64,000 nt of DNA from Sminthopsis crassicaudata (taxonomy: Eukaryota): the NCBI RefSeq assembly GCF_048593235.1, contig NC_133619.1:173118454-173182453 (forward strand). Direction: 5' to 3'. Numbering within the stretch: the first letter of the stretch is position 1; the number at the start of each line of letters is the position of its first letter. The position numbers were made by a program, and so were the translations under genes. Positions 51,374 to 64,000 of the stretch are shown here, piece by piece. A model generated the notes under the pieces. It was not told the DNA's origin, searched no databases, and saw nothing but the letters and a program-made list of their open reading frames with translations.

Positions 51374-51694
51374 CTGAAAGAAGAAAACAAACACAAAGTA
51401 GCTTTGGAAAGAAAAGACAAGGCTCAAGAAGAATTCAAAATCTAGAGGAAAAAGGTTCTTGGAACAAATAGTAATGAAATTCAAATGCTCCCAGCCCTTG
51501 ACACAGAAACTTAAAGACAACAATAAAAAAATATCGCCAAAAATACAAACTCCCAAACCCTACTTTTAAAGAGAAAGTATGCAGAATCAATAAATAATAC
51601 ACATTCTACATTAATGCCAAAGTAATTAAGTTATCAACCATCAATCAATAAGCTATAAGTTCTGGGCACATTCCAAGAAAGCAAAAAAATTACC

Positions 51695-51835
51695 TTTTTT
51701 TTTTTGCTGAGGCAATTGGGGTTAAGTGACTTGCTAGGGAGTGTTAAGTGTGTGAGACTAGATTTGAACTCAGATCTTCCCAACTTCAGGGCTGGTGCTC
51801 TACCCACTAGCCATTTAGCTGTATTGGAACTGGCC
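51695..51835 (-). mobile_element. WSINE1-like SINE
   Basis: ttttttgctgaggcaattggggttaagtgacttg...agggctggtgctctacccact. Confidence 0.8.
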
Positions 51836-51859
51836 TGAATCATCTCATTATTAAAAAAC

Positions 51860-52430
51860 GTCACATTTGAATTGATCATTGTATAATCTTGCTGTTATCA
51901 TCTACAATGATCTCCTGGTTCTACCTACTTCACTCAGCATCAGTTCATGTAAGTGTCTCCAGGCCTTTCTGAAATCATCCTGATCGTTTCTTATTGAACA
52001 ATAATATTCTAAAACATTCATATACCACAGCTTATTCAGCCATTCCCCAACTAATGGGCATCCACTTAGTTTTCAGTTTCTGGCCACTACAAAGAGGGCT
52101 GCCACAAACATTTTGGCACATACAGGTCCCTTTCCCCTCCTCAGTATTTCTTTGGGATATAAGCCCAATAGCTTATCAAAGGGTATAAAAAGTTTGATAA
52201 CTTTTTGGGCATAGTTCCAAATTACTCTCCAGAATGGTTGGATCAGTTCACAACTCCATCAGCAATGCATCAGTGTCCCAGTTTTCCCACATCTCCTCCA
52301 ACATTTGTTATCTTAGCCAATCTGAGAGCTATATAATAGTACCTCAGTTGTCTTAATTTGCATCTCTCTGATCAATAGTGATTTAGAACACCTTTTTATA
52401 TAACTAGAAATGGTTTCAATTTCTTCATCT
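51860..52430 (-). mobile_element. L1 ORF2 end and 3' UTR
   Basis: cttcactcagcatcagttcatgtaag...cattccccaactaatgggcatcc...ttccaaattactctccagaatggttggatcagttcacaactcc. Confidence 0.85.
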
Positions 52431-52439
52431 GAAAATGCA

Positions 52440-52950
52440 TGCAACTTTTTGTGTGACAAAAAAAACTGAGACGGATGTCCATCGTTTGTGGAATGGTTTA
52501 ACAAGTTGTGGTATATGATTGTAAAAGAATACCATTGTGCTATAAAAAATGATGAGCAGGATAGTTTGAGAAAAACATGGGGGAAAACTTATATGAACTG
52601 ATGTCAACTGAAATGAGCAGAATCAGGAGACCATTCTATACAATAAAAGCAATGCTGTAATGATGATCAAAGACTTGGCTACTCTGATCAACACAATGTT
52701 CCATTACAATTCCAAAGGACTTCAGAGAAAGAAATGATGCACTCTGTATGCAGATTGAACCATACTTTTAAAAAATTATTTTTGCCTTTTTTTGGGCAAT
52801 ATGGCTACTATGGAAATATGCATGATTTCACATGTTTAACTGATATTCAACTCTATGCCTTCTCAATGGATGGGGGAGGGACAAAAAGAAGGAGGATTTT
52901 GGAACTCAAACTTTTTTTAAATGCTAAAAATAAAAAAAAAAAGGAAAAAT
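52440..52950 (+). mobile_element. L1 3' end (older subfamily)
   Basis: aagttgtggtatatg...tgaactgatg..aaatgagcagaatcaggaga..., with an A-rich tail. Confidence 0.8.
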
Positions 52951-53699
52951 AGTAATCTGAGGAGGTTCATATGCTTCACCAAACTGCCAAAAAGGTCCAC
53001 GATACACACAACTGTTAAGAACCAACTCCTATTCTAGACTAAAACTCCCTTCCCTGACTACCATTCATTCAACTTAAGTGTGTTGTCCACTCCAGTTAGA
53101 ATGTAAGCTCCTTGAAACCAAGGACTGATTTATTTGTCTTACTGGCATCTAACACATATGTGACTCTTAGGAAGCACTTAATGCTTTTGTTCAGGGATTC
53201 ATTTATATGGGAAGCAAACAAAAATTTTTAATTAGCATCTCTGTGCATTTCTTCAGACGTTCCCATTTATCTTCCAATACATATCTGTAATTGCCTTTGA
53301 AGAACATCTCACAGTTCTTCAGAAGTCTTTCTTAACTAACTTCTGGTCCTCATTCAGAATTCATTGTTTCAGAAGACACGGCACATTTGGCCATTCTTTC
53401 TACACTTGATTTCATCTTCCCTCTCATGACCACATGATAAAAAAGAATTAGAGAATTGGCAGATCATTAGGTCCCCATTGCCAATCAATCAGTTAACTAG
53501 CATTTATTAAGTCTCTACTGATGTGAACTCAACTACTGTATTCTCAGGAATTGCTCAAATGAGCCTGTTATCAACCATGATGAAAATTCAGTTTTCCTAG
53601 ATTGTCCAGTTAGCATCTTTAAGAAAGTCTCAATATCTCATTGTCTTCCCTTTATTTCCCCTTCTTCTCTTTGAGCTATAAAAAATTATGTCCCCACAA

Positions 53700-56140
53700 A
53701 AGCAAGTAGCTTAATCACCAGACTCTGCCTTGTTTAGTAGTTGAAGTCCGTGAGCTACTTCAAATAATAAATGGCAAACCTTTGTAATCTATGATGGATG
53801 GCTATGTCAAGATTGTTTAACATTTCTGCAAATTAGTCTTCCACTTCCTCAATGTTCTCAATTTTCATCACGTTATTCTTCCTCATGCCACATGAGAATA
53901 GTCACACTCTCGATTTTATCATAATCCATAAGTGTTGTACTTGTGTGAAAGAATATTAAAATTCTTTTATTGGGCCACATACTTTATCATTTCATTCCAA
54001 CCTATGCCTAATTTCTCCTGAATTTATTATATCTCCTCCTTCCTCATGACCCCCAATCCCAACTATCATTTTGTACTCTCCTAGACTATCATCTCTACTC
54101 TAGCTTCACTTTTCTACCTTGTCAATCTTGATCGTATCAAACATTTATATTACAGGATCTTCTACTCTTGAATTCCTTTATCCTACATGGCTTGTTATAT
54201 CTAATACTGGATTCCTTCCACAATTCTGAATAATATTGAAAGAAACCATGAAATCATACTGACAGGTCTCCTACAAATTTATGTTATCTAATTTTAACAA
54301 TCCTAACTAACCAAGACATTCCTTTTTCCTATTCATAATTGTAGCTGTTCCAAAGCTTTTTTCTTTTCACACATCCTATACACTCTATCCCCAGTCTCTC
54401 AGCAGAGGTCCTTGCCTCTGACTTTATTGAGAAAAGAAAGGCCACTTGCAATAAACTACAGAACTATCAGTCTCAACTCTACATATTAAATCCCTTAAAA
54501 TGGAACCATTTCCCCTCCTTTATTTCAGTCTTTGATTAAGAAGTAGCCTTTCTCTAAGCAAAGTAAATCTTTCTAGCCTCCTCAGTCTCTTCTTTAATAT
54601 TGGTTCATTTCCTAGTACCTACAAGAACATTTAGGTGTCTTCCATCTGAAAAATAAAACAAAACATAAAAAAAAATAAAATCCAGTAACTCTAGTTACTA
54701 CCACCTACCACCCCCTCAAACTATCATTCTATACCTCTTTCTTTCACAGCCAAACTCCCAGAAAAATTATCTATATTTACCACTTATACAATCTCTTCTC
54801 TCACTCCTCAATTTCATGGAACTCAGATGAAGGTACTCTTCATTATTAATCTTTTAATTGCCAAATCTTAGTTCTTATACCTCTCAACTCTTGACACTCG
54901 GACCACCCTTACTTCTTGTATACTCTCTCTTCTCAGTTTTTGTGACACTGCTCTCACTGGTTATTCACTCCTCAATTTCTTTTGCTGGATTTTAATCCAC
55001 ATTCAATCTCATGTTGTAAGTGTACCATAAGGCTTTGTCCTGAACCACTTTCACTCTCATCTCCTCCTCCCCCCTCTCTCTCTCAAGGATTTGAGCATCA
55101 TCTCTATGCATGTCTTCTAGGCCTATATACTCTTGCCTAAACTCATTGTGCACCACACATTCTATTCAACATTTCAAATTGGATGTCCTATAGACACTTC
55201 AAACTCATCATGCCCAAAACAGACTCATTTCTCACTGTCAGGAGAGTGATATCCAACTTCAGAATTTCCCTCTTTCAGTGAAAGGTACCACAATCATTCC
55301 AGTGACCTAGATTCATACTCTTGGAATCATCTTTATTTCTCCTCAATTCCATATACCTACTCAGATACTAAATCTTGTCAACATTTCTCATGTCTCCTCT
55401 AGTCACAGCTGTCACTGAGGTTCAGGCTCTCATTACTTCTCATACAATAGCCTCAAAATTCATCTTCCTTCCTCAGTCTCTTTCCTCTCCAATTTATCCT
55501 CCACATAGTGATTCCTGAATTATAAATGGGAGAAGGCTGATAGGCATTATATAGTACCTGGTGAGTATACCAAGTGCTTTTACTTTATTTGATCCTCACA
55601 ATGACCCTGGGAAGCAAGGGATAATCTTATGGCCATTTAAAAAGTTGCTGTTCAGTTGTGTCCAACTCTTTGTGACTCTATTTGGAGTTTTCTTGGCAGA
55701 GACGCTGAAGTGGTTTGTCATTTCCTTCTTCAGCTCATTTCACAGGTAAGGAAACTAAGTTGGTTGACTTGTCCAAGGTCATACAGCTAATAAATATCTA
55801 TTTTAGTGAGTCTGGATTTATGCTACAAATTGCCTCTGATCAAATATAAATCCTTCTTTCAGCATTTGAAGCTCTTTGCAAACTGATTCAAATTTATTTT
55901 CCCCAGTTCTTTTATACATCACTTCCATTCAAATATTCCATGTAGATTAGTCAAACTGATCCTCTTACTATTTCATCTCACCTGTGTATCAACTTTACAA
56001 AGTCTGTTCTGCATATGTGGATATTTTCCCACTCTTTTTCCACTCATCCCCTTTGAATCCCAAGTTCACCTCAAGTGAAACCTTCCATGTGAAGCCTCTC
56101 CTGATCCCGCCAGCTGCTTATTTTTCCTTCCCTAAAATTA
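53700..56140 (+). mobile_element. Long L2 relic with a nested MAR1-like SINE (~55640-55800, minus)
   Basis: Pyrimidine-rich L2 ORF2-like motifs (cacactctcgattttatc, cagccaaactcc, attgccaaatc, catctctatgc, tttcaaattggatgtcc...cttcaaactca). Confidence 0.7.
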
Positions 56141-56155
56141 CATTGTACTACTTTG

Positions 56156-56386
56156 CATTGCAGCGACCAAAGCCCAGATCAGCTTGATAAATGCTAAATT
56201 TTCAGTGCCAAGTATTTACACTTTGGAAATCAGCAAAACTATAAATAAGGGCTTGATTTTTTAAAAATTGTCTAGACTTAAGAGAGTGACAAAGAAAATG
56301 TTAATAATTTGGGTTAAACTTAAAAGTGTCCTGGGTACACCTTTCCCCAGGAAAGCTGGTTGTTAAACAATTACTAGGACATCCTG
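56156..56386 (+). mobile_element. MER63-like hAT (Blackjack) non-autonomous DNA transposon
   Basis: agtatttacac..ggaaatcagcaaa..agggcttgattt...attgtctagacttaagagagtga..agaaaatgttaataat...aaacttaaaagtgt and the end gctggttgttaaaca match my recollection of MER63. Confidence 0.7.
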
Positions 56387-56669
56387 GCCTGTTAACTTAT
56401 TTTTTACATATTGATAATTGTCTCTCCTCAGAGAATGCAAAAAGATCTTGAGAGCAAAATTGTCCTTGGCTTTGCATAGCCAGGTTCTATGCACTTAGAC
56501 TAGCACAGGATAGCTGCAATATAAATTATTCCTTGTTTTTCTCCCAAGTGAAGTTTAATAAATGCTGGTTGGTTTTGTCACTCAACCTGTGCAATTTATA
56601 GAAATACATAAATTGTAAAAATACACAAAAATACTTAAATCCAAGTGTCAGTTTATAATTGTTCTCATA

Positions 56670-56744
56670 TGTAAGGCATCACAAAAGTCTTAATAAAGTT
56701 TTAAGCTTTGGTAAATTGCACTAAGACTTTTGGGATACTCTATA
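56670..56744. mobile_element. Palindromic Tc1/mariner-type MITE (~75 bp)
   Basis: Arms cacaaaagtctta and taagacttttggg are near-perfect reverse complements. A partial relative lies at ~44279-44320. Confidence 0.6.
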
Positions 56745-58900
56745 TGTACACAGTTCACAAAAGACCTTAGGGATTACTTGGTCCAATTTAGACATTTTAG
56801 AGATTAGGAAACAGGGTCACACAGGAAGTAAGGAGGAAAAATGGAATTTGAATTCAAGTTATTTTCCTAAACTTTGTTTCCATTGTAACCTGAAGGCACT
56901 TCTTCAGGATTAGGAACAGTGATTTTATTTCTTTTTTTTTAAATCCCTATCCTCGGCATCTTCTATAGTATTTTCCACAGAGTAGACCCTCAATAAATGC
57001 CCAAATTGTATTAGTTTAAATCTTCTCCAAAGTCTCTTCTAGGTCTAACACTTTCTGATCCCAAAGCTTAGCACAGTGCCTGGCACTTAATAAATGTTTA
57101 TTAATTAATTAATTTCTCTGGATTTGATAGAGAACCTCAGCTAAATATGTAAAAGGATTTAGATCTGGAAAGAACATTAAGCACCAATTCATCCAATTCT
57201 TAATTTTATAGGTCCAGAAAAGTACAGTTAGTTACTAATATTTTTAACTTATATCAAACTCTGAATCCAATGCTCTTTCTACCAAGCAAATCTGTATTCA
57301 TCTTTCTTTACAGAATATCGTTTAAAGGATTTGTATAGGAATAAGACTAAAAACTTTTGATCCTGAATTTCAATTTCAGTGATTACTCTAAACTCTCCTA
57401 AAAAACACATATTCCAAAAGTCCATGTTATTGGGCTAATTGTTAAATACTCATTTTCAAGTAAGAGGATCTCCTCATGCAAAAGAAAAAAAACTAAAATT
57501 GGTAGATTTAAAAGTAAAAAAGCTTAACACAAAAATTGTGTTTTAAATGGCATAATCAAGAGAATTATTTCATATTGATTCCAATATATGGATTAAGCAT
57601 TTTAAATAGTCATTTTAAATGGCAGCTGTACTGTTGGAAATTTGGGGATAAAAGAAACTAAGGGAAAGCTTTCTCTAGAAGAAACCTTTATACCAGATGG
57701 TTAAGTGGTGAATGCCTAGAAATCAGTTAAAATTTGAGAAGGAAAAACAATTCTTCCTTTCAGGCAAAATTTATTTTGCTAAATTTCCATTTGTTTTAGC
57801 ACATTCTTTATCCTGTTTCAAATATTTGTCTCATGGGTAATATCAGACACAAGCATGGGAGTATTCATTCATCCATTCATTACCTTGTTTTCCACTAAAA
57901 ACTAAATCTAATTAGTTCTATAGGAAATACTTTCTATGAGTGAAAGATAAGTGTAAAAGTAAAACTAGTACAATTTCTAATCAACCTGTAAACACAGAAG
58001 AGAGCAATGGGATTGATGAACTTGAGCCAATCTATTTTTCATTGTCACTTTAGAACAAAAGTCACACTGTGTAGCTGACATTCAAATTATGTTTAAGCCT
58101 CAATATACAACATTGTTATTTTGAGTATGTTGACTCACCTTGAAAAGAAGCTACACGTTCTAACTAAAATAATGTAGCCATTTTATTTTCCTTTAACAAT
58201 GCTATAAAATACAATTTTCATATGCAATCCTTTAAAAAACCCTACAAACACTCGGTGAATTATTTTTAAACAAAAAAATAACCCATTAAAAATAACATGA
58301 CCCCAAATAATTTCCTGGATTTTTTTTCCTACTTCTTATGTTATCCATTAATTTTCCTGTGGGGTGGATATGTGAACACCTAATTTCTCCCATTGTACAG
58401 ATGTTAGTATAAGAAACAGAAATTAGGCAACAATTATACTTTCTCCTCCTGAAATGACTTTATTATTTCTTTATTTATGTACATGCTGTATTCCCCAGTA
58501 AAATATAAGCTTGAAGGCAAGGACTATTTCATTTTTGTCTTTGCACCTTTAGTATATAGATCAGGGTCTAACATAATATATGCTTAATAATTGTTTGTTG
58601 AGATGAGATCACAAGGGAGAAAAGAGTTGAAAAAGCATGTATTAAAACCCCCATTACTAATTAGATATAGTTTTAGGCTAAAAACTTTACAAATATCATG
58701 AGGTCAGGAGTAGATTTAGGAACAAAATTTAGTCTTAGGAACAAAACTAACATGGCTTGTTTACACAAGACTGGTTTTTTGATATTATAACTGAAATAGC
58801 TAGCATCAAACAAACAGGAAAACCTTGATGAATTTCCATCGCTCATTCTATCTTTTGTCTGGTATAACATGATTGTACTAAAATATTTACATTCATTTTC

Positions 58901-59056
58901 NNNNNNNNNNNNNNNNNNNNNNNNNNNNNNNNNNNNNNNNNNNNNNNNNNNNNNNNNNNNNNNNNNNNNNNNNNNNNNNNNNNNNNNNNNNNNNNNNNNN
59001 NNNNNNNNNNNNNNNNNNNNNNNNNNNNNNNNNNNNNNNNNNNNNNNNNNNNNNNN
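58901..59056. other. Assembly gap (156 N)
   Basis: Run of n next to a TA microsatellite. Confidence 1.
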
Positions 59057-59079
59057 TAAAACATGTTTAAATACACAAG

Positions 59080-59093
59080 TATATATATATGTG

Positions 59094-59155
<62 letters not shown>
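59080..59155 (+). repeat. (TA)n microsatellite
   Basis: Directly visible. Confidence 0.95.
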
Positions 59156-59158
<3 letters not shown>

Positions 59159-59184
59159 CTAGCTAGCTACCAAAGTAGATAGAA

Positions 59185-59400
59185 TAGATCACTGAGCTTG
59201 GAATGAAGATTCATCTTTATGACTTCAAATCCAGCCTCAGATACTCACTAGCTAAGTGACCCTAGGCAAGATATTTAATCTTGTTTACCTTAGTTCTCTT
59301 ATCTGCAAAATGAGTGAGAGAAGGAAATGACAATCTTTGCCAAGAAACGCCCCCCTCCCCCATGGGATCACAGAGAGTTGAATATGACTGAAATGACTCA
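59185..59400 (+). mobile_element. MAR1-like CORE-SINE
   Basis: aagattcatctttatgacttcaaatccagcctcagatac...atctttgccaagaaa...atcacagagagttgaatatgactgaaatgact. Confidence 0.75.
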
Positions 59401-60049
59401 ACTGCATACATGTATGTGTATGTATACATATACACATGTATTTAGTATGTATGCATGTATGAGAAAGAAGCATAGAATAGTGGATAAAAGATTGCTCTTG
59501 GAATCAAGAAGATTTGGATTCAAATCCCACCTCTGACAAAAACTAGGTGTGTAATCCTAGGCAAAATCATTTAACTCTCCAGTATTAAAAGATATTGATA
59601 TTATAATTAATGTCATGTGAGAGTGAGAGTTTAAAAGCAATATATATATTCAAAAATACATATACTTATTTGATGCCATCTGCCTAATTTTGCAACCTGT
59701 TTCCATTTATTATAGCTTACTTTGTAGTTTAGAATTAAGATCGTTTCTGGAACTTTTTGGTAGCAAGAATCTTATTTAAATTTATAATGTAGATCTATTT
59801 CTGCAGATGAGAATTAAATTATTTAATTTTCCATCCAAATTCTTGTTCTTCCCCAAATAGTGTATTAGTTTTTTAGTGGATCAAAAATGATGACTTGGGG
59901 GTAACATGATAAATCCAACTCAAATGGCTGAAGATACAATGACCGGTACAACCAATTTGAAATTATCTGTATCAAAAGGGGTTAACAGTAGCACAGATAA
60001 CTCAAAGGGCAAGAAAATCTCTAGGGTCTCTTGTTTTCATACTTTTAAG

Positions 60050-60165
60050 ACATCTAGGTGGCAGTGAATAGAGCACTGAAGTCAGTTAAACCTGAGTTCA
60101 AATCTGGCCTCAGAAACTTAACACTTCCTACCCTGGGCAAGTCATCTTAACCCTAATTGCTTCAA
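60050..60165 (+). mobile_element. WSINE1-like SINE
   Basis: ctaggtggcagtgaatagagcac...gagttcaaatctggcctcaga...ccctgggcaagtca..aaccctaattgc. Confidence 0.75.
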
Positions 60166-62254
60166 GGGGGGGGAAAAATGTTTTTTCCATTGCATTTGTA
60201 TATTAATATATACAAAATTCTGGAAATTCACAAGATTCCCAGCAAAAGAAAAAAATCAGTTAACCATACTATGAAAAACATAAGAAAACCCAGAAGGTTA
60301 TTCAGGTTTCACCATCCTTTTTCCTTTACAGAATATACCTTCCACTAATAAAATCTGTATAAGATTGAGAGCTGAGGTTAAAAGTTAATCAAAGAGGCCC
60401 TATAAGCTTACTGGATTTGAAGGTGCTGTTACTACTTTCAGTTACCTCTTTCCTAGTCAGTGAACATAAATGAATGTTTTCCCTTATAATAATTCCCCTC
60501 TTTAATGGTTTTAGGGAAACCTGGAAAGACTTGTAAGAACAGATGAAGAGTGAAGTGAGAATAATTAAAAGTTCCATACAATAACAACAATATTGTAAAG
60601 ATAATCAACTTTAAAAGACTTATATATTTTTAGCAACACAATGACCAACCAAGATTTGAGAGAACTCATGAAGAGACAAGTTATACATTTCCTAATAGGT
60701 CATAGATTACAAGATAAAGCATATGGTTTCTTTGACATGGTCAAAACAAGCAATGTTTTGCTTGGATATGTTTGTAACAGGAATTTTTGTTTTGTTTTGA
60801 GTTTTTTTTCTTTTTTCTTTTCTAATTTGGGGATTGGAGGGGAAAGATAGTCGATTTTCATTTGAAGAAAAAAACATTTAAAATGATTCCACCTTTAGAC
60901 ATTAAAAAGAAAAAAACAAGAAATATCCAACTGTAACACTAAATGATCAATACATATTCTGCTTATGCTAAAAGAAACTACAAGTCATATTTGTGGGTAA
61001 TATTGTGAGCTAAGAGACAGCAAGAATGGGGAGGGAAAATTAAGTCTATTCTTATTTAAAACCTGAAGACAAGATGATGGTGGAAATAATGAAGATGAAA
61101 GGAAAATTACAAAGGATTTTTTTTTAAAAGCACAGATGAATCTCCAGAGAGGAAAATAAAATAAAGAATGAAGAGCCCAAAATAGTCAGAAGTTAAAGAG
61201 TAAGACAAGGTGATTTGTATGTATGACAATTTTAAGTGTGTGCATATTAAAATAATGACATACTTCTTTAAAATTATCTACTTGATTACTAATTTCCAGA
61301 ATAAACTCAAATTTTTCAGTCCCATGCAGACCCACCTTAGGATGACACAAAGCTGATAATACTGAAGTTAACCTAGACAACCAAAGGTGGAAAATTCTTG
61401 GGGTTTATGCATTCATAATCAGTCCAAGCATAACAATTTTATTTAAATTTAATCTTTTTCAATCTGCTTATGCTATCAATCTTCTACAACTGTCACCAAA
61501 AAAAAAAAAAAAAAGAAAACTCAAACCCCCCAAATAAGGTAAAACACAGTGTTCAAAAGGATATAAAAAAAAGGACAAAAGTAGTATGGATATAAGAGGC
61601 AGGATCTTAAAATAAACAAGAAGCAATGAGATGCAATAGGAGTGTTAAATTCAGAGGCCCAGGTATCTGTCATTTATTAGTTGGGTCACTTTGAATTGGT
61701 GAAGGCAACCTAGAAATAATAAGAACCCAGAGTGTAGCTCTTGGAGTGAGAAGGCATTGGGTTCAATTCCTGTCTTTAGTAGCTGTGTGGCCTTGGAAAA
61801 GTCACTTAAGGTTTCTCAGCTTTGATTATCATATATAAAAATAGAGATAATATTTGCAGTTGGTATCTTCAAGAGTTGCTATGAGGCTCAAATGAGATAA
61901 TGGATGCAAATTACTTTGCAAAGTTTAAAGTATCACATAAATGTTTGATTATTTTAAAAACTATTAATAAAAGACATTTTGCAATCTGATTTAGTGAAGT
62001 GAGTATTCCTAGAGAATAGTAATAATTGCTGACCTTTATATATTGTTTTGAGGTTTGAAATTTTCATTTGATTCTTATGAGGGAGAAAATACTTTGTTAG
62101 TATGCCCATTTTATAAATGAGAAAAATGAGGCTTTTCCCCTGCTCACACAGTATCAGAAGTGGAATATGAACTTAGCTCTCTCCAGAACTTGAGTTCAGG
62201 ACTCTTATATGTCCTAGAGCTCAACAGTGCTTGGCACTTAATTGCTGTTGCTAG

Positions 62255-62450
62255 GTGGCTTAGTGGACCTGAAGTCAAGAAGACCGGGGTTCAAATCTAG
62301 CCTCAGGTACTCATTAGCTATATAATCCTGGACAAGTCACTTAATTTCTATTTACCTTAATCCACTGAAGAGGAAATGGTAAACCACTATAGTATCTTTA
62401 CCAAGAAAACCCCATACCAAGTGTCAAAGAGTCAGACATGACTGAATGAC
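62255..62450 (+). mobile_element. MAR1-like CORE-SINE
   Basis: gctaggtggc...aagtcaagaagaccggggttcaaatc...agtatctttaccaagaaaacccc...gagtcagacatgactgaatga. Confidence 0.7.
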
Positions 62451-62992
62451 TTCCATGTAGTAAATGCTAAATAAATATTTCTTTCTTGATTAATTCTAAA
62501 TCCTTGATTCCCTTTCTCCCTTTCATTCTCTACCCCTCTGTTGTTGGAAAGAATGCTGTAAAAACGCACAAATCCCTTTGAAAGTTTTCCTAGTAACAAA
62601 GACAACCATCTCAGAGGAGAAAGCAAGAGCAGACAATTAATTCAATAAACAATTCAAAAGCCTTAAGCTTCAAATTTTTAGGAGAAAAAACATTGCTTTT
62701 CACCTTCTTTCTCTATCCCACAGAAAACCTACTTAATTGTCAAGAGTCTCACTAAATCTCCTCAAGGAAAGACTTAAGTGTCGTCCCCCCCCAACTCTTA
62801 CTATTTGGATAAGTAATTGCCTTTAAGTGTCTAAATTCAACTGTATAGCCTTAAAAATATTTAAGCCAAAAAGTTCAACACATATCAATTTCACTGAAGT
62901 TGCTAGACAACATAAGTTTTTCCATTTTTAAAATAGCACTTGAGATTATGAATGAATCTATGGTGGTATGTATATACCAAGTTAAAACTCAC

Positions 62993-63144
62993 CTTTCATA
63001 CTTTTCTGGACACTATTTTTTCCTTTCAAAAGCTTTGACCACTTGATTGCTCTGTTAGTAAGTATCCTCAGGTAGGTGGAAAAAAAGTCTTCATAAGAGG
63101 CGTAATCAAAGTCTGCAGGCCTTTCAAATCCATATGGATCAATT
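62993..63144 (-). CDS. GRTP1: GRTP1 coding exon 2 (152 nt): (R)IDPYGFERPADFDYASYEDFFSTYLRILTNRAIKWSKLLKGKNSVQKSMK(V)
   Basis: Manual translation matches the GRTP1/TBC1D6 N-terminus (human RIDPYGFERPEDFD...RAIKWS). Acceptor tatcag| and donor |gtgagt. Not in the ORF track. Confidence 0.96.
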
Positions 63145-63550
63145 CTGATATTTGAAAAAGAAACATTTACAATTAACTTTGTAAATATTTTGCATTTTTC
63201 TTGGTATAAATATTTTTTTCATTCCCTTCCATCCCCATAAAAGCTCTGTGAGGGTATCTTTGTCTTTGTTTCACAAGTACCTGGAGTTCATTTTGTGAAT
63301 GCTTATGGAATTGATTAATAATAATTTAAACTATAAAGATGACTAATACTTCATTAAGCTTATCTCAAGAAGTTGAAAGAAAATAAAAATATTGGATATG
63401 TACACATACAACAATCTGAAAAGGATACATTCCCAATGCTTGGATACCTGGGATAGATAGAATAAAATTTTGTAACACATGTTTCTTTATTATAGGAAAA
63501 TATTTTATCATTAAGTTAGGTATGTTTAAATCTAGAAACACAGTCTGAAG

Positions 63551-63554
<4 letters not shown>

Positions 63555-63612
<58 letters not shown>
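63555..63612 (+). repeat. (TA)n microsatellite (~29 units)
   Basis: Directly visible, about 400 bp into intron 1. Confidence 0.95.
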
Positions 63613-63614
<2 letters not shown>

Positions 63615-64000
63615 TAAGCTAATCATCTGTTTACACTTAGGAGATCTGCCTTAGCAGATCAACACAAGGCTATGTGGACAAAAAAAGACAGAGGCTGTCT
63701 TTTATATGCCAACACTGTTTTTTACTGAGGAAAAACAGTACCAAGTGAGAGAACAAAGCCAAGAGTTTGGTAACTGAAGCTGGGGCTAGAACTGAAGTCT
63801 CTCTTTTGTACAAGGTGGAACAGTAGAAAGAACCCTCGGACTCAGATTTGTTTTCAAATCACCCCAGCTGTGTGACCCTGAGCTTGTCACTTAATTTCTC
63901 TCTGGCTGGGTTTCCTCATCTATAAAATGGAATAATATTACCACCTCTTTTCCTGAGTGGGTGGGAGGATAAAATGAGATAATATTTGTCAAAAAAAATT

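Noticed and set aside
51860-52950. Adjacent minus and plus L1 pieces as a twin-primed 5' inversion
   Set aside because: Both pieces cover the same part of L1 and appear to be different subfamilies, so they are two independent insertions.
1-64000. CRISPR arrays, tRNA/rRNA/snRNA genes, NUMTs, processed pseudogenes
   Set aside because: None were recognised. The tRNA-like segments are SINE heads, and the dispersed repeats are retroelements rather than repeat-spacer arrays.

Overview
This is AT-rich, repeat-dense eukaryotic genomic DNA. It is most likely from an Australian dasyurid marsupial, inferred from WSINE1/MAR1-like CORE-SINEs and marsupial-type L1 ends. The only protein-coding gene I can support is GRTP1 (TBC1D6, a TBC-domain Rab-GAP) on the minus strand. 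Six coding exons (exons 2-7 by human numbering, 892 nt) are present with canonical GT-AG boundaries, consistent phases and intact R- and Q-finger motifs. Exon 1 lies beyond the right edge, and I could not find the terminal exon, which is probably left of position 1. The rest is intronic: L1, L2 and CR1/L3 relics, tRNA-derived SINEs, two probable solo LTRs, DNA-transposon MITEs, microsatellites and two N gaps. Nearly all entries in the ORF track are spurious or repeat-derived. I see no convincing new gene system. The most unusual items are a tail-less, TSD-flanked internal L1 ORF1 fragment (33702-34234), a triple DR1 nuclear-receptor motif near an HNF1-like site in intron 3, and repeat-poor intronic islands with plus-strand splice signals that could belong to an antisense transcript. 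Repeat family names come from recalled consensus similarity, not from a database search.
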